Shown: positions 60,583 to 64,000 of the stretch, one piece after another | Numbering within the stretch: position 1 is the first letter of the stretch | Layout of the letters: each line of letters starts with the position of its first letter | From: Schmidtea polychroa | Taxonomy: Eukaryota | Length of the DNA stretch: 64,000 nucleotides | NCBI GenBank assembly: GCA_044892525.1 | Contig: CM097885.1 | Location: forward strand, 22,446,001-22,510,000 | Reading direction: 5' to 3' | Notes under the pieces: generated by a model | What the model was told of the DNA's origin: nothing | What the model saw: the letters and a program-made list of their open reading frames with translations, nothing else | Database searches by the model: none | Program-made: the position numbers and the translations under genes

Positions 60583-63230
60583 ATTTATAATACTTAATAA
60601 TTTATATATTTCCAATAATAAAAGAAATAAAAGTATCAAATTCAATTCAAATATGCCTACCGAAATATCAAAAGTTAACACGGAAATCAAATCAATAGAA
60701 ATTGTTGAATTTAAAGAAATTGAAATATTTAAAAAATATTTGTATTACATTATATAATACTTATATGAAAATAAATCATTAGCTATTGCGTTTATGACAT
60801 ATTATTATCATAATTAATATTTGATATATAATTACCCAATGCCAATCGTAACAGAAATAATAAATAATAATTTCTAAATTACATGAAATTAATTACTATT
60901 TGTGAAGTTTATTACTACTTTATTCGATTAGGAATTTTCTAGCATTTCAACAGCCAATGAAATCATTCGATTGTTTATTATTTAAAAGCCAATAAAAATG
61001 CAGAAATTACAAATTTGTTTTTATGACAGAATATTAATGTTAATGGGATAATGATACAAAAAACAATATTAGGAATATTTCTGTTATATTTTACTGAATT
61101 CCATGTTTCATTGTCATACAATCAGCAGAAAATAACACAAGGTTGGTTAAATATAATTTTGTGCTGTAAATATATATAATTATATAAAAACTATGTAAAG
61201 GTTCAATCGATATTTTGTCTGCGGTTGAAATAAGTAAGCATTCATTTGCGATACAGCAACCTGGAATTTGTAAATCAAAAAATTCCAAACCGGGGTATAC
61301 AATACAGTCTAATAACAGGCTGAAAATAAATATAGATCAAATTCCAATGGATACGAACAAGAACAGTAAGATATATACAATATTAAAATTTTATTTATTT
61401 TACAAATCAATCAATTTTATTAAATATTGTTTATTGAATTTATTAATTTAATTAACTAAATAAATACATTAAAGTTATTTAAAAACATATAAATATACTA
61501 TTGACTAAGTTAATTCTTACAAAATAAATTAAATAAGCATGAAACTTAATTTGAAAAACATTTTATTATAATTATTTTCAAGTAAATGAATCTAAAATTT
61601 ATTAAATTATTAATTTATAAAATATTTAAGTCATGCGCGCATATAACAATAATAAATGACATATTTAAAGTGATAAAAAAACATTCTGATTTTAATATTT
61701 GAATTTTACGGTTTTTTACAAATTAGAATTTTGATTGAATTTTATTTTAACCAAAAATGATTGTAATTAATTTATAGAAGTTTATTAAATATTTAATTAC
61801 CTTTCTAAAAATCGTTTCTTTTTAAATTTATTTAGATCTCATTTCATCTTAGCTTGTGTTTTAAAGGCAAAAATATTTCAGTTTTATCGATTGCCTATAT
61901 AATATGTGTAAAGATTATTAATTAAAAAAATATTTAATTCTCATCTAAAAAGGATGTTAGAAACTTTAGAAAAATTATGATAATAAATTAAAAAAGTTGC
62001 GCTCCATGCTTCTGACAGCGCTTAGTAAGTTAGATTCCCCACCAGTTTCTTTTTCACAATGATCGACATTAGTTCACCATCTTTCGAGCCGATATGCGTT
62101 TAAATCGACATTCCGGAAATTCTCCCAGGCCCGCCTAATTCTCAATTTGCGCGGGCCAGATTCACGAACCTTTTTCCTGTAGCTAAAATAATATTATGAT
62201 TATAAAACACATTCCTCCAGGTAGTTATTCTCATCCAACAATCGCTTCGCCACCTCATCCAAGGCCCTTCCGCAAATTTCCTTGGACCTTCTTTGAACCA
62301 GTCATATTTATTTTTGGGATATCGAATTTAAAGAAACAAGCATGAAAATTAGACTGGGTATAAATATTCCTGATGCAAATATTGCCAAAAATTTGAATTT
62401 TATTTTTCTCGCATGGTAAGCCTGATTATCAGTGACCAAAAATTACATTATTAGAAGTCTTCAACTTTTAAATAACAATAGTCACAATATTTTATTACCA
62501 AATCTTTCTTTTTGTTTAAACTAGAGCCAGTTAACCCTATGTATTTCATAGTTTAATTACTAGGTTACGAAAAGCGAAAAATAAATGTGGATTATTTTAT
62601 CCCGTTTTAATAGGATACCATCATGCGTTTCAAACTCCGGAATATTGTTTATCAATTAAATTGATAAGCGTATTTTAATTAATTAATTTTTATTTCTTAA
62701 ATAACGTTGTCTACATACTCCTTTGAATTAAAATGATTACATTTGTGACTATCTGTTTCCTGTTTCACATTAATTCATAGCGATTTTCCTCTGAGAAATA
62801 ATGATTTTCGATTTTTTACATTTTTAATTAATTTTTTACAACTGAATTAGCTTTTTTGAATTTATTAGAACTTTGGTTTTTCATTGTTCTCCGCACGATA
62901 TTTGTGCAGTTAAATTCCTATTCCTCGTCCCTCTTTACAATTCCAATAACCCTAGAAACCAATTAATAGAGGCCCTAGCGTTAATGCAACATATGTGATA
63001 ATGAAACAAACAATAAAAAGATATTAATTAAGATTAATGAAAAAATTAATTTTTTTGTTTATTAATTTAGATATATTTCTATATGTAAACTACACCAACT
63101 CAGAACTAAGTAAAAGGTGGTAATTATAACTTCACTTAGTCTTTGACAAAATGAGGTGGTAATAACCTTCAAGATTCTCATTGAAAAAATTATGACATTA
63201 ACATTACCAATGTAATTTTTGTTATTGCAG

Positions 63231-63782
63231 ACGGTTTACCTACAGAGTTTTCAATTCTATTAACCGTCAAAATACAACCGTTCTACACCGAAGAGATATT
63301 TTACATTCGAGATTTAGAAGATGAAATCATTTTTTCAATAAAGTTGGGAGAAAATATTATAATTCAATATAAAATGATAGAGGAAGTCAGAAATGTCATT
63401 AAATTTATTTCTAAGATTGACGATGGAAAGTACAAATATAAAAATTCGACTATTTATTTTATTCAATACATTATCTAGGTGGCATAATGTAGCTTTCGGA
63501 ATACAGAGGTCTTACATTAAACTTCATGTTGATTGCAAGGAAGTTGAAACTCAAATTTGGGATTACGATCGAAAATATTTTAGTAAATCAGGAAAGCTGA
63601 TCTTCGCTGAAAAAGGATTAATAGTAATATTTCTCAAATGATTATTTTTAATATATAAATTTGATTGTTAGAGTGTGATTGAGAGTTTTTGGATTGTTCT
63701 CGGTATTGAAGCTGCCTTCAAACAATGTGAATATTTTAGCAGAAATTGCGATTACCCATTAGGAAATATGATAAACGAAGAG
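63231..63782 (+). CDS. Exons of a TSPN/laminin-G N-terminal domain, collagen-type gene (partial)
   Basis: GLPTEFSILLTVK, IDDGK/WHNVAFGI..IKLHVDC, AAFKQCEYFSRNC across GT-AG introns (~63430-63478, ~63624-63672). Confidence 0.75.
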
Positions 63783-64000
63783 GTTAGTTTTTATTTATTA
63801 ACAATTTATTTAAAAGTCTATCCAGGAAAATTCGGATACATCTACACAACCAATAGTGAGTTTTTTGTATTTAACTTTATTTATTAACTTGATCTTCCAA
63901 ATGTTTTAATAAGTAAAACTAATCATTAGAATTTGAAATAAATTCAAAAATTCAAAATTTGCGAAATGTTGGGTTTCAGGTAATCCACATTTTATCCTAT

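Overview
AT-rich eukaryotic, probably invertebrate animal, genomic DNA with many very short (~40-50 nt) spliceosomal introns. A minus-strand host gene of the AtuA/DUF1446 family spans ~1.46-47.4 kb. Its ~23-kb fifth intron holds a nested insertion: a decayed hAT transposon (21490-43282, 8-bp TSD CTTGAAAT) interrupted by a near-intact 19.5-kb Maverick/Polinton endogenous virus (22172-41693; AG...CT ends, 6-bp TSD TGTGTG, 1.2/1.8-kb TIRs). The element has the core genes (pPolB, RVE integrase, packaging ATPase, major and minor capsid, adenain protease, two core proteins). It also carries an unusual host-control set: a TBP homologue, a spliced Bcl-2-like gene, an IAP-type RING protein and a secreted/GPI-like coiled-coil glycoprotein. 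Its TIRs are built from dense AP-1-like (ATGACTCAT) and NR5A/ERR-like (TCAAGGTCA) motif arrays. About 11 introns are predicted in the element, including a pure (ATT)n intron in the integrase, and there is a family of covarying hairpins plus a perfect 72-nt hairpin around the polymerase. Further right lie a Gypsy relic, a second degraded and related Polinton, several MITEs and the 5' exons of a TSPN/LamG (collagen-type) gene. All calls come from reading motifs by eye; no database searches were run.
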